Assembly: GCF_004010195.1 (NCBI RefSeq)
Contig: NC_057720.1
Coordinates: 30,828,231 to 30,887,054, forward strand
DNA: 58,824 bases
Source of the DNA: Chiloscyllium plagiosum
Taxonomy: Eukaryota
Reading direction: 5' to 3'
The first letter of the stretch is position 1. The number at the start of each line of letters is the position of its first letter. Positions 1 through 12,144 of the stretch are shown here, in pieces. Both the position numbers and the translations under genes were made by a program. A model generated the notes under the pieces. That model searched no databases. It was not told where the DNA came from and was given only the letters and a program-made list of their open reading frames with translations.

Positions 1-102
1 GTTTGTCTCACTGTTTGTTGTGTCTCTTCTGTCAGTCCATTGTTCCTGAGTGTGCATTCACCGGAGGAAACATCAAAGAAGCGCTTCGCAGGAGGCTCCC
101 AA

Positions 103-142
103 GCACTGATGATGTCGCCTAGCCAGGGGACGAAACGTTTGC
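103..142 (+). ncRNA. Minimal type I hammerhead ribozyme motif, family B (Penelope-associated)
   Basis: GCA-CTGATGA-T-GTCgCCT(agcc)AGGgGAC-GAAA-CG-TT-TGC: stem I GCA/TGC, intact core, stem II with one G.G mismatch, palindromic ACGT, GUU cleavage triplet. Confidence 0.7.
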
Positions 143-887
143 AACAAAAACTTCCAGCTCGGCGAACAGAACCACAACAATTGGCTGCTGTTTTCTTTCA
201 GTGTCCAATTACATCTATTTTTTACTTGCACATGCACACTGTTGTTTAATGAATCAGAGTAGTCGTGTATTTTTCTTCTATTATTTGGTATGCTCGGCTT
301 CATCACTAGTCTTTCGTTTGGAGTCTCTGTACATGTGTGTTAGCTAGGATTAAGTTGATCGCGGTCTTGTCTGAGCCAGTTTGAGTTTGATTCATCCATT
401 CCATGATCTGAGCTCAAAACTAAAGGCTGAAATTACGGTGCAACACTGCGGACGTACTGCACTGTTTGAGGTGCTATATTCACTGTAACTCTGGATGATA
501 TGGAAATTCATCAAGAATGGTTGGAATGCACACACTAACTAAATGTACAGCAACTGTCAATACAAGGGCAACTTTTTCGAACACATTTCCACTCAGCGAC
601 AGGAGCATCAAGTCTAACTTCATATCTTTGTTATGGGGATAAGTTTATTTAATTTTCCAGACATTGTAGATAAACATTGTGGATGAACTTAGGTTTTGTG
701 GAGGTGATTCCTGTCCAATTCAACTGGTAGTTAATGAGGCTTTAAACCTGAAGTTGTGTTCATGAGCCCATGTGGTTGATTAATTCTTTTGATTTAATAA
801 TGTCTTCTTTACTCAAGACATTGAAGAATTATGGTGAATAAAAATCTTGCTTGTGGGTACAATAATGAATGGCATTTCTCAGGAACA

Positions 888-1057
888 GGGAGAAAGTGAG
901 CATTGCAGATGCTGGAAATCAGAGTCGAGAGTCTGGTGCTGGAAAAGCACAGCAGGTCATCAGCCTTTCCTGATGAAGGGCTTATGCCCAAAACATCGAT
1001 TCTCCTACTCCTCGGATGCTGCCTGACCTGATGTGCTTTTCCAGCACCACACTCTTG
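888..1057. mobile_element. Penelope-derived fold-back mini-insertion with decayed hammerhead, family A
   Basis: 13-bp TSD TTTCTCAGGAACA at 875-887 and 1058-1070. Inverted arms ~927-960 and ~1025-1056. Core CTGATGAAGGGCTTATGCCCaAAACaTC carries CpG-type mutations. Confidence 0.8.
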
Positions 1058-1349
1058 TTTCTCAGGAACACCCAGCTACTGGAGAATACATTCTTTCATA
1101 AAATAATTTAATAAATAATGCAAGATGGAGTATTCCCATACATGCTTTTCAAAGCTGAATGTGCCATGAAAAAAATGCTGATGTATTCTGGGGTGAATTT
1201 TAATAATAACAAGTGATAAACAAAGAGGACACTTTGGGGGAAATTGTCATCTTAACATGTTTCTGTAAATTTACTCTTCAATATCAGCTTTCAAATTGCA
1301 TATCAAAACACAATTTAAGATGTTTGTTTATTTGAAAATAATAAGATGC

Positions 1350-1565
1350 ACCAGTCTGACTTGGAACCATATCATCTTTCCATCATTATCACTGGATCAA
1401 TATTCTGACACTTCCTCCCTCATGGTATTGTGGGTACCTATCTGCCATGTTCTGTAATGGTTTAAATGGCACTTCACCACCACATTCTCAAGGACAATTA
1501 GAAAGGGCCGATAAATGCTGATCTAACCAGCAATGCCAATGTTCTGTGAATGAATTAAAAAAAAA
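1350..1565 (+). mobile_element. 3' end fragment of a CR1/L2-group LINE
   Basis: Similar to the 3' tail of the element ending near 40285 (…ccctcatggtattgtggg…aaggacaattag…ataaatgctg…). Confidence 0.6.
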
Positions 1566-1649
1566 CCTCCAAGGGCACTTAAAAGCATCTCTCATTTTAA
1601 ACAGAAAATGATTCACTGTGACTGCTGCTCTATTTGCACAAGTGCATAA

Positions 1650-1985
1650 AGTGCTGACCCTAGTCTGATTCTACAGATAAATGCAGTCTGCTGCTTTTTT
1701 GGATCAGATGTTAAATTGAAGCCTTCTTTGTTTTCTTATATGGATTTAAAGAAGATCCCCTGGCATGATTTTGAAAAAGAGTATGGGAGTTACCCCAGTG
1801 GTTAGCCAATATTTATTCCTCTATCAACATCATAAAAATAAATTGATAGGAATTATCACGTTGCTGCCTTTTGGAACTTATCATGTGCAAATTGCTGCTG
1901 TGTCTCCTACAATAACTACAAAGCAGTTTGGGTGGTCCTGTGGTCATGAAAGGCTCTATACAAATGCAATTTGCTTTTCCTTTTA
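1650..1985 (+). mobile_element. DeuSINE-like SINE, decayed
   Basis: Recalled Deu-domain-like text (agatcccctggc…ggagttaccccagtgg…caaattgctgctg…ctatacaaatgcaa). Related copies at ~4145-4370, ~5060-5560 and ~34070-34460. Confidence 0.55.
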
Positions 1986-2649
1986 TAGGAATATGTTGAG
2001 TAGTACTCATTTATTATTTGAAAAGCAAAATGCATAACAATAGAAAGTAGTAAGTGATGCTGGATTAAGGGAAAGCACAAATGGTAGAAGCAGTTTTGGA
2101 TTGCTCTACCATGAAGCTGACACAGACCTGTTCAAAATTGAATACCAAACTTTTAGAATTTTATTTTAAAATATCTGTAGACCAAAGATTCCATTGATCT
2201 ACATTAAAAAAAAGTATCTAAATTAAAAAATAGTCTGTAGTGTAATAAAATAATGACACTTCACCTGGGTTCTTTCGGTTTCTGGTAGATTTTTGATTTA
2301 AAATATCTAAATGCTGGCTTCACAGAAAGAAAGAACTTCAGCTTTAAAAGGTTAGAGCTTATTGGCTTATCGGCAAATGTAATAACAAGTTTGCACGTAG
2401 CAATGATTCAGACACAACAACAAGATAAGTGACCAGTCTTTTTTTGGATATGTTGACAGAGAAATAAATGTTAGCCAGAAAATATATATTCCATTTGTCT
2501 TCAAATAATTACAAAAGAATTAACTGCATCCTAGTCCAGTGGCTCTGAGTCAAATTGTAGTCCTGCAATCATTATTCCATCTGAGATTAATAATGGAACA
2601 TAGAAAAGGAAACAATTCTGCGAGCTTCTAGTTTTGGGACAGGATCACA

Positions 2650-2930
2650 CTTGGTAGTGCATGTATCAGATTTCTTCCCCTCCTAAAAGTAGAAGAATCC
2701 TTTTCCACATGTGGAGCAGGTGAAAGGGCTCTCCCCAGTGTGAACACGCTTGTGTATATTGAGATAGGATGCAGACCCAAACTTCTTTCCACAAGCAACA
2801 CTACTGAATTGCTTCTCCTCAGCATGAATTTGTGCGACCAAAGACCAGAATAAAGAGTGAATCCCTTCCCATAAATGGGGCAGACAAATGGCCTCCCCTT
2901 CTAATGCGAGATGACAATGCGTCACCCATG
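2650..2930 (-). pseudogene. Decayed C2H2 (Kruppel-type) zinc-finger fragment
   Basis: [33 protein letters not shown] contains the HTGE-PF linker. The upstream finger [13 protein letters not shown] is in another frame, Cys residues are lost and a stop follows. Confidence 0.75.
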
Positions 2931-3209
2931 AATCAATTTTTGATTATGTGACATCAGCTGACATGTACACATTCCCACAAAGACCACTGGATATCCATCA
3001 ACAATCAACATAAATTTGATTAAAATTCTTTCTTCATGTCAATCTTCTCTTAATCTTTCCTAAAGATAGTAACTGCTTGCTTATTATACCATTGATAATT
3101 TCAGTTCCTGGCCATGTTCAATTGTCTGAGAGAAATAAAACACTTGCATTTTTATTGTGCCTCTCAGAAATGTAGGGCATCCAAATTGTTTTAGAGCTAA
3201 TCAAGTGGT

Positions 3210-3360
3210 AAAAATCACATTATACCAGGTTATAGGCCGACGGGTTTATTTAGAAGACTAGCTTTCAGAGCACTGTACCTTCATCAGATAGCTGTAGAGC
3301 AGAGCATAAGACACATAATTTATAGCAAAAGATTACAGTGTCATCCAACTGAAATTATAA
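3210..3360 (-). mobile_element. Penelope terminal-repeat fragment, family C, with decayed hammerhead
   Basis: The reverse complement reads CTGATGAAGGTACAGTGCTCTGAAAGCTAGT and is homologous to 26124-26310. Confidence 0.7.
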
Positions 3361-3638
3361 GGAACTTTGATTATCTGTGTACTGTATTGGATTATCCGAA
3401 GGAGATCTTGAGGTCCTGTCAAAAAGCTGTTTCAACTTATGATCACGTCTTTTGTTTACAGGTACAATGATTAAAAACAAACTCGGTTCACTCAAATGCT
3501 GCCGAGAACAGTCCTGGACAGTCCAGGCACCGTCTCTAAATGACTGACCTCATGCGCTCTCTCTCACCATACTTTCCCTGGAGTTTTACACAGACGTGTA
3601 CCCTCAACCCTCCTTCCCCAGATAATGTCTCCAACATT

Positions 3639-3994
3639 GTCCTGTACAGGACAAAGGTGGAACCTGTCAAAAGGTTACGGTAAAAAATTGTGCGTGTGTG
3701 CACGCGCTATTTGGAGACTTACCCCACAAAGGCAGCAGCAGTCTTACTGTTGGTGTACAGTCCAGCAGCCAGGTGAGGTTGGGAGCGGATGGTGGTAGAC
3801 GGGTTTAGGGGTGGGGGTCCTGTACAGGACAAAGGTGGAACCTGTCAAAAGGTTACGGTAAAAAATTGTGCGTGTGTGCACGCGCTATTTGGAGACTTAC
3901 CCCACAAAGGCAGCAGCAGTCTTACTGTTGGTGTACAGTCCAGCAGCCAGGTGAGGTTGGGAGCGGATGGTGGTAGACGGGTTTAGGGGTGGGG
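3639..3994. repeat. Exact 178-bp tandem duplication (2 units)
   Basis: 3639-3816 is repeated at 3817-3994 with no mismatch visible by eye. Confidence 0.9.
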
Positions 3995-4676
3995 GGGGTG
4001 GACAGGATTTGGGGGCGGGATGGGAGCAGATAGGGTTGGGAGGTAGATAGGATAATAGGATAGGGGAATGGATCTTCAGAAGATTGGTGTGGATTTGTTG
4101 AGCTGAAGGGCCTGTTTCCACACTGTAGGGATTCTATGATTCTATCCTCTCAAGTGGAGGGAGAAGATACCATAGCACAATTTTAAAGAATAGTAAGGGA
4201 GTTAACCCTGGAGTCCTGACCAATCAACATTGCAAAAGCAGGTCACTTGGCAACTATCATATTGCTGTTTGTGGGAGCTTATTGTGCCCTGTTTCATTGG
4301 CTGAGTAAAAAAAATTTCATTGACCGTAATGAGCCTTGCTGAGGTTCATACAAATGTGACTTTCTTTCTTTATGTATTCTATTTATTCATTAACAACTTC
4401 ACTGAGGGGTGGCACTACAAACAATCCATCTCTACCTTAATGATATTGTTGCATTACCTTGTAAGATTGACACCCAAATCTTCCCATCGCAGATATAAAG
4501 GTCTTTCTTGAAAACATCAAACCAGAGACGGCTGGCTTCAGTCTCAGTGCAGGGTGGGTGGCTTCCAATTGTCACCTTCATGTCTGTTTCTGATTTCAAC
4601 ACAAGAGGAGATCAACAACGTTCGTATTTACCAGAGACGAGTCATTGAGTTAGACACTGTGTGGCTTCACTATGGC

Positions 4677-5025
4677 TAGGAGAAAGTGAGGTCTGCAGAT
4701 GCTGGAGATCAGAGCTGAAAATTTCATTTCCCCTCCTCCCACCTTGTCTCAGTCAAATCCATCGAACTCAGCACCGCCTTCCTAACCTGCAATCTTCTTC
4801 CCGACCTCTCCGCCCCCACCCCAGTCTGGCCTATCACCCTCACCTTGACCTCTTTCCACCTATCACATTTCCGACGCCCCTCCCCCAAGTCCCTCCTCCC
4901 TACCTTTTATCTTAGCCTGCTGGACAAACTTTCCTCATTCCTGAAGAAGGGTTTATGCCCGAAACGTCGATTCTCCTGTTCCCTGGATGCTGCCTGACCT
5001 GCTGCGCTTTTCCAGCAACACATTC
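4677..5025 (+). mobile_element. Penelope terminal repeat, family A, with short inverted 5' piece and hammerhead at 4937-4972
   Basis: ATTC-CTGAAGA-A-GGGT(TTAT)GCCC-GAAA-CG-TC-GATT. The same pyrimidine-rich repeat follows the GIY-YIG fragments at 12.3 kb and 51.2 kb. 4677-4722 is the inverted terminus. Confidence 0.8.
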
Positions 5026-6429
5026 CAATCCAGTGAGGGAAGTTGGAAGATTTAAGCTGCTATCTTTTTGACGAGAGCCTACTAAGTGAAGGCCTGTCTG
5101 TCCTCTAATGTAGACATAGAAGAGCCAATGGCACTATTTTTAATAAGAGTTATAGATACATAGAAAACACAGTAAGATTTCATGCACAGAAGGTAGTCGT
5201 CTGGCACATTATGTCCATACCAGTCGATGAATACCTCGTCACACTAATCCCACTCTCCAAATTTTGATTCCTAAACCCATTGACTGTTCCACCGCATGTT
5301 TTAATGTGATTATGGTTTTTGCCTGTATTACCCTTTGAACTCGTGGGTTCCAGAACCTCACCACTGATGAGAAAGTTGTTCCAGGTGTCATAGTCAATAT
5401 TTTTTCAATAATTAGTACAGCATTTCTTTTTGTGGGAGCTTGCTACATGTAAATTGCCTGCTATGTGTCAACACTGACTGTACTTCCAAAGTACTTTATT
5501 GGCTGTAAAGCATTTTGGATCTTTCTGTGGCCATAACAGTTACTATATAAATGCAATTTAATTTTAATAACTCAATAGTTACTCATAGAAATCTAATGTT
5601 ATATCACTGGGATGCTTTTTTGCCATTATTATGGCAATAATGTTTTTTTCAAATTTAAAAAAAAGTTATGATATTTCAGCTACTTTAATCCCATGTGTAT
5701 CACTGATGATTTGTATTTACTCTGTGGAAATTTTAATTGAGTAGAAGATTTTACTGCATTTTACTTTCTGATTTGCTGTTTGAGAATACTTCAGTGTAAT
5801 TGGCTGCCAACTCCCTGCGGTGATATCACTGTTACTGTATGCCTAGTGTTTGTCTTGATCTTGCACATATCAAGAAAGGGAAACTTCATGCCTCAGAGAT
5901 CACTAGATAGCAGAAAATCCCTTTAATACTTCAAAGTACTCTTTTGGTATGATCCTAGATATTGAATATTGTTAGATATTATTACTGGAGCGAATCATAG
6001 ATTTACATTTAAATAGTTCCCATTTCTGTCTTTGTTCACTCCTTTCCTCAGCAATATTTTGTGTTTGATTTTGTCTACTTTCTGTGGTTTTATTTACCCT
6101 AATGAAGAAGAGCATATCTTCTCAACATCACAACTATTGATCTCACCCTGCTTGGCTGTTGTATGGAACCCCCTACGTGTTAACCCCTTAAAGCCAAATA
6201 CATAACAATATTGTCAAATTTGATGGAATTTTAATGCATTTACTTTAGGGGAAATTTGGCATGTTAATATGCTGCAGTTTTTCTTATCTGCGATGTTTTG
6301 TGTTATGTTGCTGAAAATATTACTGATGAAATACTTAGCAGTTGTAGTAAAATCATGCGTATACTTAGGATGAAGAAGATTATGAGTACCACATATGCTT
6401 GGTCCAGTTCTTGTTGGATTCATTTGGAT

Positions 6430-6876
6430 ATCAAAGTTGAAACTTTATTGCTGGAACAGCACAGCAGGTCAGGCAGCATCCAGGGAACAGGAGATTCGAC
6501 GTTTCGGGCACAGGCCCTTCTTCAGGAATGAGCAGAGAGTGTTCAGCAGGAGAAGATAAAAGGTAGGGAGGAGGGACTTGGAGGAGGGGCGTTGGAAATG
6601 TGATAGGTGGAAAGAGGTCAAGGTGAGGGTGATAGGTCGGAGTAGGGTGGAGGCGGAGAGGTCAAGAAGAAGACATTTCCAACTCCCCTCCTCCAAGTCC
6701 CTCCTCCCTACCTTTTATCTGCTCCTGCTGAACACTCTCTGCTCATTCCTGAAGAAGGGCCTGTGCCCGAAACGTCGAATCTCCTGTTCCCTGGATGCTG
6801 CCTGACCTGCTGTGCTGTTCCAGCAATAAAGTTTCAACTTTGATCTCCAGCATCTGCAGACCTCACTTTCTCCTAG
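6430..6876. mobile_element. Penelope-derived long fold-back element, family A, with hammerheads on both strands
   Basis: ~170-bp near-perfect inverted arms 6430-6600 and 6674-6844. Hammerheads at 6494-6529 (-) and 6745-6780 (+). Confidence 0.85.
6745..6780 (+). ncRNA. Minimal type I hammerhead ribozyme motif, intact, family A
   Basis: ATTC-CTGAAGA-A-GGGC(CTGT)GCCC-GAAA-CG-TC-GAAT: perfect stem I ATTC/GAAT, 4-bp stem II, GUC cleavage triplet. Identical copy on - strand at 6494-6529. Confidence 0.8.
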
Positions 6877-7289
6877 AGTCTGTCTATCCCAATCTTGAAT
6901 CAGACTGGTTCTATTTAAAATTTCTAAAATGTAGTCACTGTTTTTTTTTAGATTAGATTCCCTACATTATTTTGTGCATTCCCAACATATTCTGTCCCTC
7001 ATTTTGAGCACAGAATGTACTTGGGTGATTTTTTATCTTTTCGGATAGATGTTAGTGGTATTGTCACACTGGAACAGGGCTGGAGGTGCGGCTAGTCTGG
7101 AGCACAAATGCTTAGTACTATTGTCAGAATGTTGTCTAGGCTCACAATCTTTGCAGTACAGTATTCAGTGATTTTGGGAATTTATTGTTATCATGTGGAG
7201 TGAATCGAATTGGCACCTAGAAATTAGTAAGGAGGACTTTGCCATTATGTATGCTGGGTAGTCATTCCAATTTCATTCCTTAGTGGAAG

Positions 7290-7585
7290 TGGTTTGCTAC
7301 AACTGAGTCTTGCTAGGCAATTTAAGAGTTAACTACATTGATGTGGGCCTGGAGTTACATGTAGGCCAGATCAGTAGACATCTTTCTCCGATATGACATC
7401 AATGAAGCAGCTGAATTTTTACAGTAATTTACAATGGTTTCACGATTGCCATTAACATTCAGGTCTATTAATTGATTGAATTCAAATTTCATCATTTTGA
7501 GGTAGGTTTTAAACCTAAGTTCCCAAGCATTAGCCTGAGACTCAGGATAACTATGATACTCCCAACCAGAACACTGCCTCCTCTA
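7290..7585 (-). mobile_element. tRNA-derived SINE, decayed
   Basis: Recurrent shark-type SINE text (aggcaatttaagagttaactacattg…aattcaaatttcatcat…). A related piece lies at ~23070-23280 and a probable + copy at ~48325-48700. Confidence 0.45.
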
Positions 7586-8178
7586 CAGCTGGAGGCAAGT
7601 CTTACTTTGGATAAGTAAACGTTCTAAGACATACCCCTTGCCCTGGTATTAAAGCATGGAAAGGACAAAATGCATGTCTAAATGCACCTATCATGTTTTA
7701 ATGATAAAAACAGTGTTAAGTATTTAAGTTTGGATCAAAAGGATTTGAATTGTATTTATTATAAAAACAATAGATTTGCATTTGAATCCACAATTATGCT
7801 GCACTAAAAATCAAATTTTCCTTTTAATTTAAAATCTAACCATTAAAAACACAAGCTGTTTGGCTTACATGTATACAACTTAAAGTGAACACATCATATG
7901 AAATGCATAAAAGTTCCAGAATAGGCCACACCAAAGTTGAAACAAAATACATGAAAGTTACTAAATTGTAAAGTGAAATTTGAAGGTCATACTTTTGATA
8001 TGAGCTGGAATTGATTTCAGAGAAGAATAGATTTAAAAACATGCTGATTATTCAGCTGCGAGAATCGTGGAATCTTGAAATGGTGCAGATTTTTTTAGAA
8101 CACCATAATTTGGCAAGTCAACTGGTTTTGAATAGATCCAATACAGCATTTGGAGTCTGAAAAACAAACAAAAAATGT

Positions 8179-8936
8179 TCACAAAGGGACTGAATAAACA
8201 TTGGATTTCTGGGTGTCTGAGTTTGACTCCGACAATGTTGGTGTCTTACACAACTCCTTTGTAATGGTTGAAGCCTCCTGCTTTGTAGGCTTTAAATCAG
8301 ACAGTCGAGTTGAAATAGAATCTGAATACACCTGGTTGTCTGAAGAGCTTAATGAATCACTGACATCTGGACAAGCCATGGTAGATTGCCGTCCATCGGT
8401 TTCCATCACATATTTGTGAAAATTAGCAAATGTTTCACTCATAAAAACAGGGGTTGGAAAGACTTGCTGTTGGGATTTCTCCCGATGTAAAGGAGACCTA
8501 TGGTTGGTTTGTTTATTATTAGTGTGAAAATGCAGGGAACTAGCTTCACCAGAAGCAACATAAACTGGTGATTTGGGGAAAGGCTTGTTTCCAACCTGCA
8601 TACTATTAGAGTCACCTGCTTCACAATTAAGCACACCTGGTTCCTCCATTCTCTTTGCATATCTCACTGGTAATATGGCATGAGTTTCCCAAACCTTTCT
8701 CTTCTTGCATTTCTCATTTCCTGTGGAATACATTCTGGTTTTAATGGATAACTTGCTGTTGTTCTTAATCCAGTGCAGTAATGGATGGTATACTTTGCCC
8801 CCGTATTTCATGGCATTCACCCATTCTGTTATCTCTCTTTTCCGATTTCTGGTCTTCCTCACGTGAAACAGACAACAGGCGACAGTTGATAATATCATAC
8901 ATGCTCCAAAAGTGATGAAAAATGGACAAACCCAAT
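8179..8936 (-). CDS. Terminal coding exon of an unidentified single-pass membrane protein (TM helix plus ~225-aa cytoplasmic tail)
   Basis: Strong acceptor ttttattttcag at 8937. Phase-1 exon open for 251 codons: WVCPFFITFGACMILSTVACCLFHV-RKTRNRKR…NVYSVPL*. No repeat similarity seen. AATAAA on - strand at 7755-7760. Confidence 0.7.
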
Positions 8937-9193
8937 CTGAAAATAAAATATGTAAGTGTATATACTAGAATACAGAACAGGAACAGGCCATTCAGCCCAT
9001 GAGTTTCATCAGTGTCACTTTATGTCATTATTCTCTAGAAATCAATTGGTATTTGCTCTGAAAATGCTCAATGAGTGAGCTCCTATATCTCGCTGGAGTT
9101 GAGAATTCCAAAGAGTCAATTGACAACAGTCTAGGAAGAAGCTCATCAAGTCTAGGAGATTTATCAAATTTGGATTAGTCAGCTTTTCAAGTT

Positions 9194-9517
9194 GCAGCAT
9201 GGTGGCACAGTGGTTAGCATTGCTGCCTCACAGTGCAAGGAACCTTGTTCAATTCTAGCCTTGGGCAACTGTTCATGTAGAGTTTGTATGTTCTCCCTGT
9301 TTCTTTTGGGTGCTCTGGTTTCCTCCCACAATGTAAAGATGTGCAGGTTAGGCGAATGGACCATGCTAAATTGCCTTGTAGTATCCATGGATGAGTAGGC
9401 TAGGTGGGTTAACTATGGTAAGTGTGGAGATAGGATGTGGGTGGGGTGTTCTTTGGAGGATTTGTGCAAATGCAATAGGCCAAATGGCCTCTATCCACAA
9501 TGTAGGGATTCTATGAT
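9194..9517 (+). mobile_element. HE1/V-SINE-like tRNA-derived SINE
   Basis: A/B-box-like head (ggtggcacagtggttagc…gttcaattc), V-domain-like ggtgctctggtttcctcccaca, CR1-like tail ending gggattctatga. Confidence 0.75.
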
Positions 9518-10690
9518 TTTACTTGTTTAGTAATATTAATTTCTGGAGAATTGTCTGCATCCTCTTTAATAAAGTAACTTTAGGTTCTCTGCCATTTTAC
9601 TGTTCTCCACAATAAATTCCTAAAGTTGAAACTGACCGCTGCTGCAGTTACAAGTGTGAGGTTAATATTATGATTATTTTTAGGACTGGATCTTTTGTTT
9701 TGTAAGATTATCATGGTTTGGCAATGTACTTATAAATGAAGATTAAATGGAATGAGCCATCTGAATTATCTTTGAATCTGACTGAGAGTAAATATGAGTG
9801 CTCTGGTTGTTAGCTCCAGAGAAGAATAACATTGTGTTATTGAAAGGGAGGAGGGGGGGGGGGGGTGTCAAATATTAACACCCAGTGAAAATGATAGTTG
9901 TTTCTAAGTTACCAAATAAAAAGACAGACTTAACATTTCAGATTGACAACCCTTTATCAGAACAATCCAAGATAGAGGATAGGAAAGATTTCTGGCTGTA
10001 ACAGGTTGCTCCTTTTTTGAGGCATTTTGGGTGCTGGAGGTGAACTCCAGGAGCAGCGGTTACTGTTTTATATGCTATTGCATTGTTTTGGAACTTTGGT
10101 GAAAAAAAGTCAAAACCACGGCACTTTTAAAAGTGAGAGGGGCAGACAAAGGCAGCTCATGGTCAGGTCATTACAGGAGAGAAATAAAGAAAGAAAGAAA
10201 CCCACACTGTTAACTGACACAGTAGTGAACCTGCGCAGTTACTGCCTTTGCTGTTGAATTACGTATCGCTGGACATCGGAGTCCATCAGGGAAAATTAAC
10301 AAACAGTGAAATTCACAACTGATCATAGAGGAACCTGTTTGGGAGAGGTCACAGCACAGAAACAGATAAGTGAATAATTTTAAGCATAGTCTTGCTGTAA
10401 ATCTACAATAGTGAGTAGAGTGGGTTCTTTCTTGATTAAGTGTTTTATTTGAGATTTGTCTCTTGATTAAACTTAAAAATATAACCCATAAGTATTAAGT
10501 TAGCCTGGAACAGTGTTTTGTAGAGGAATAAGACAGTGCTATTTTCTGGATCTGTAGATTGGAAAAGCAAAAATTAGTACAGTGATATGCTCTTCTTGTC
10601 GAATATGGGAGTTCAGGGAGAGTTTGCGTGTTACTGAGGATTATATCTACAATAAATGCCATTGGTTGCAAATCCTATCAGATTGAATGG

Positions 10691-11993
10691 GATTTATCCT
10701 AGGATTCTCTGGGAAGCCAGGGAGGAGATTGCCGAGCCTTTGGCTTTGATCCTTATGTCGTCACTGTCTACAGGAATAGTGTCAGAAGAATGGAGGATAG
10801 CAAATGTTGTTCCCTTGTTCAAGAAGGGGAGTACAGACAACCCTGGAAATTATAGACCAGTGAGCCTTACTTCAGTTGTGGGTAAAGTGTTGGAAAGGGT
10901 TATAAGAGATAGGATTTATAATCATCCAGAGAGGAATAAATTGATTAGGGTTAGTCAACATGGTTTTGTGAAGGGTAGGTTATGCCTCACAAACCTTATT
11001 GAGTTCTTTGAGAAGGTGACCAAATACATGGATGAGGGTAAAGTGGTTGATGTGGTGTTTATGGATTTCAGTAAGGCTTTGATAAGATTTACCACGGTAG
11101 CTTTGCAGAAAATACAGAGGCATGGGATTGAGGGTGATATAGTGGTTTGGACCAAAAATTGGCTAACTGAAAGAAGACAGAGGGTGGTGGTTGATGGGAA
11201 ATATTCATCCTGGAGTTCAGTTACTAGTGGGGTACTGCAAGGATCTGTTTTGGGTCCACTGTTGTTTGTCATTTAATTAAATAACCTGGATGAGGGCATA
11301 GAAGGATGAGTTAGTAAATTTATGGTGGATAGTGACAAAGAATTTTGTAGGTTACAGAGGGTCATAGATAAGCTGTAGAGCTGGGCTGAGAGGTGGCAAA
11401 TGGAGTTTAATGTGGAAAAGTGTGAGGTGATTCACTTTGGAAGGAGCAACAGGAATGCAGAGTACTGAGCTAATGGTAAGATTCTTGGTAGTGTAGATGT
11501 GCAGAGAGATCTTGATGTCCAGGTACACAGATCCTTGAAAATTGCCACCCAAGTTGATAGGGTTGTTAAGAAGGCATACGGTGTGTTAGCTTTTATTGGT
11601 AGAGGGATTGAGTTTTGGAACTATGAGATCATACTGCAGCTGTAAAAAATTCTGGTGAGGCCACATTTGGAGTATTGCATACAGTTCCAGTTAACGCATT
11701 ATAGGAAGGATGTGGAAGCTTTGGAAAAGGTTCAGAGGAGATTTATTAAGATATTGCCTGGTATGGAAGGAAGGTCTTATGAGGGACTTGGGGCTGTTTT
11801 TGTTAGAGAGAAGAAGAGTCCACAGTAGTAAACTCACCAATTTTAAGGGCATTTAAATGGTCATTGGATAGGCAATATGGGCGAGGATGGAATCATGTAG
11901 GTTAGATGGGCTTCAGATTGGTTTCACAGGTTGGCGTAACATTGAGGGCCAAAGGGCCTGTACTGCGCTGTAATGTTCTATGTTCTCATTCTA
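10691..11993 (+). mobile_element. 5'-truncated CR1 (RT and 3' end) nested in ORF1 of the larger CR1
   Basis: PGNYRPVSLTS, QHGF and GSVLGP motifs, (gttctat)n tail. The host ORF1 resumes at ~11995 (DRLERQFEAMR). Confidence 0.9.
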
Positions 11994-12144
11994 TGAATAG
12001 ATCGTTTGGAGCGACAGTTTGAGGCAATGAGGAATTTACAAGAGCAAGGGGGTGTGATGGATGGCAGTTATAGGAAGGGAGAAAAGTCGCAGATACATAG
12101 ATGGGTTAATGCCTGGAAAGGTAAGAGAGGTAGGCAGGTTGTGC

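Noticed and set aside
6469..6805. Mirror-image ORFs on both strands (also 47992-48320)
   Set aside because: By-products of the fold-back repeats; the peptides recur in every copy and show no protein-family motif.
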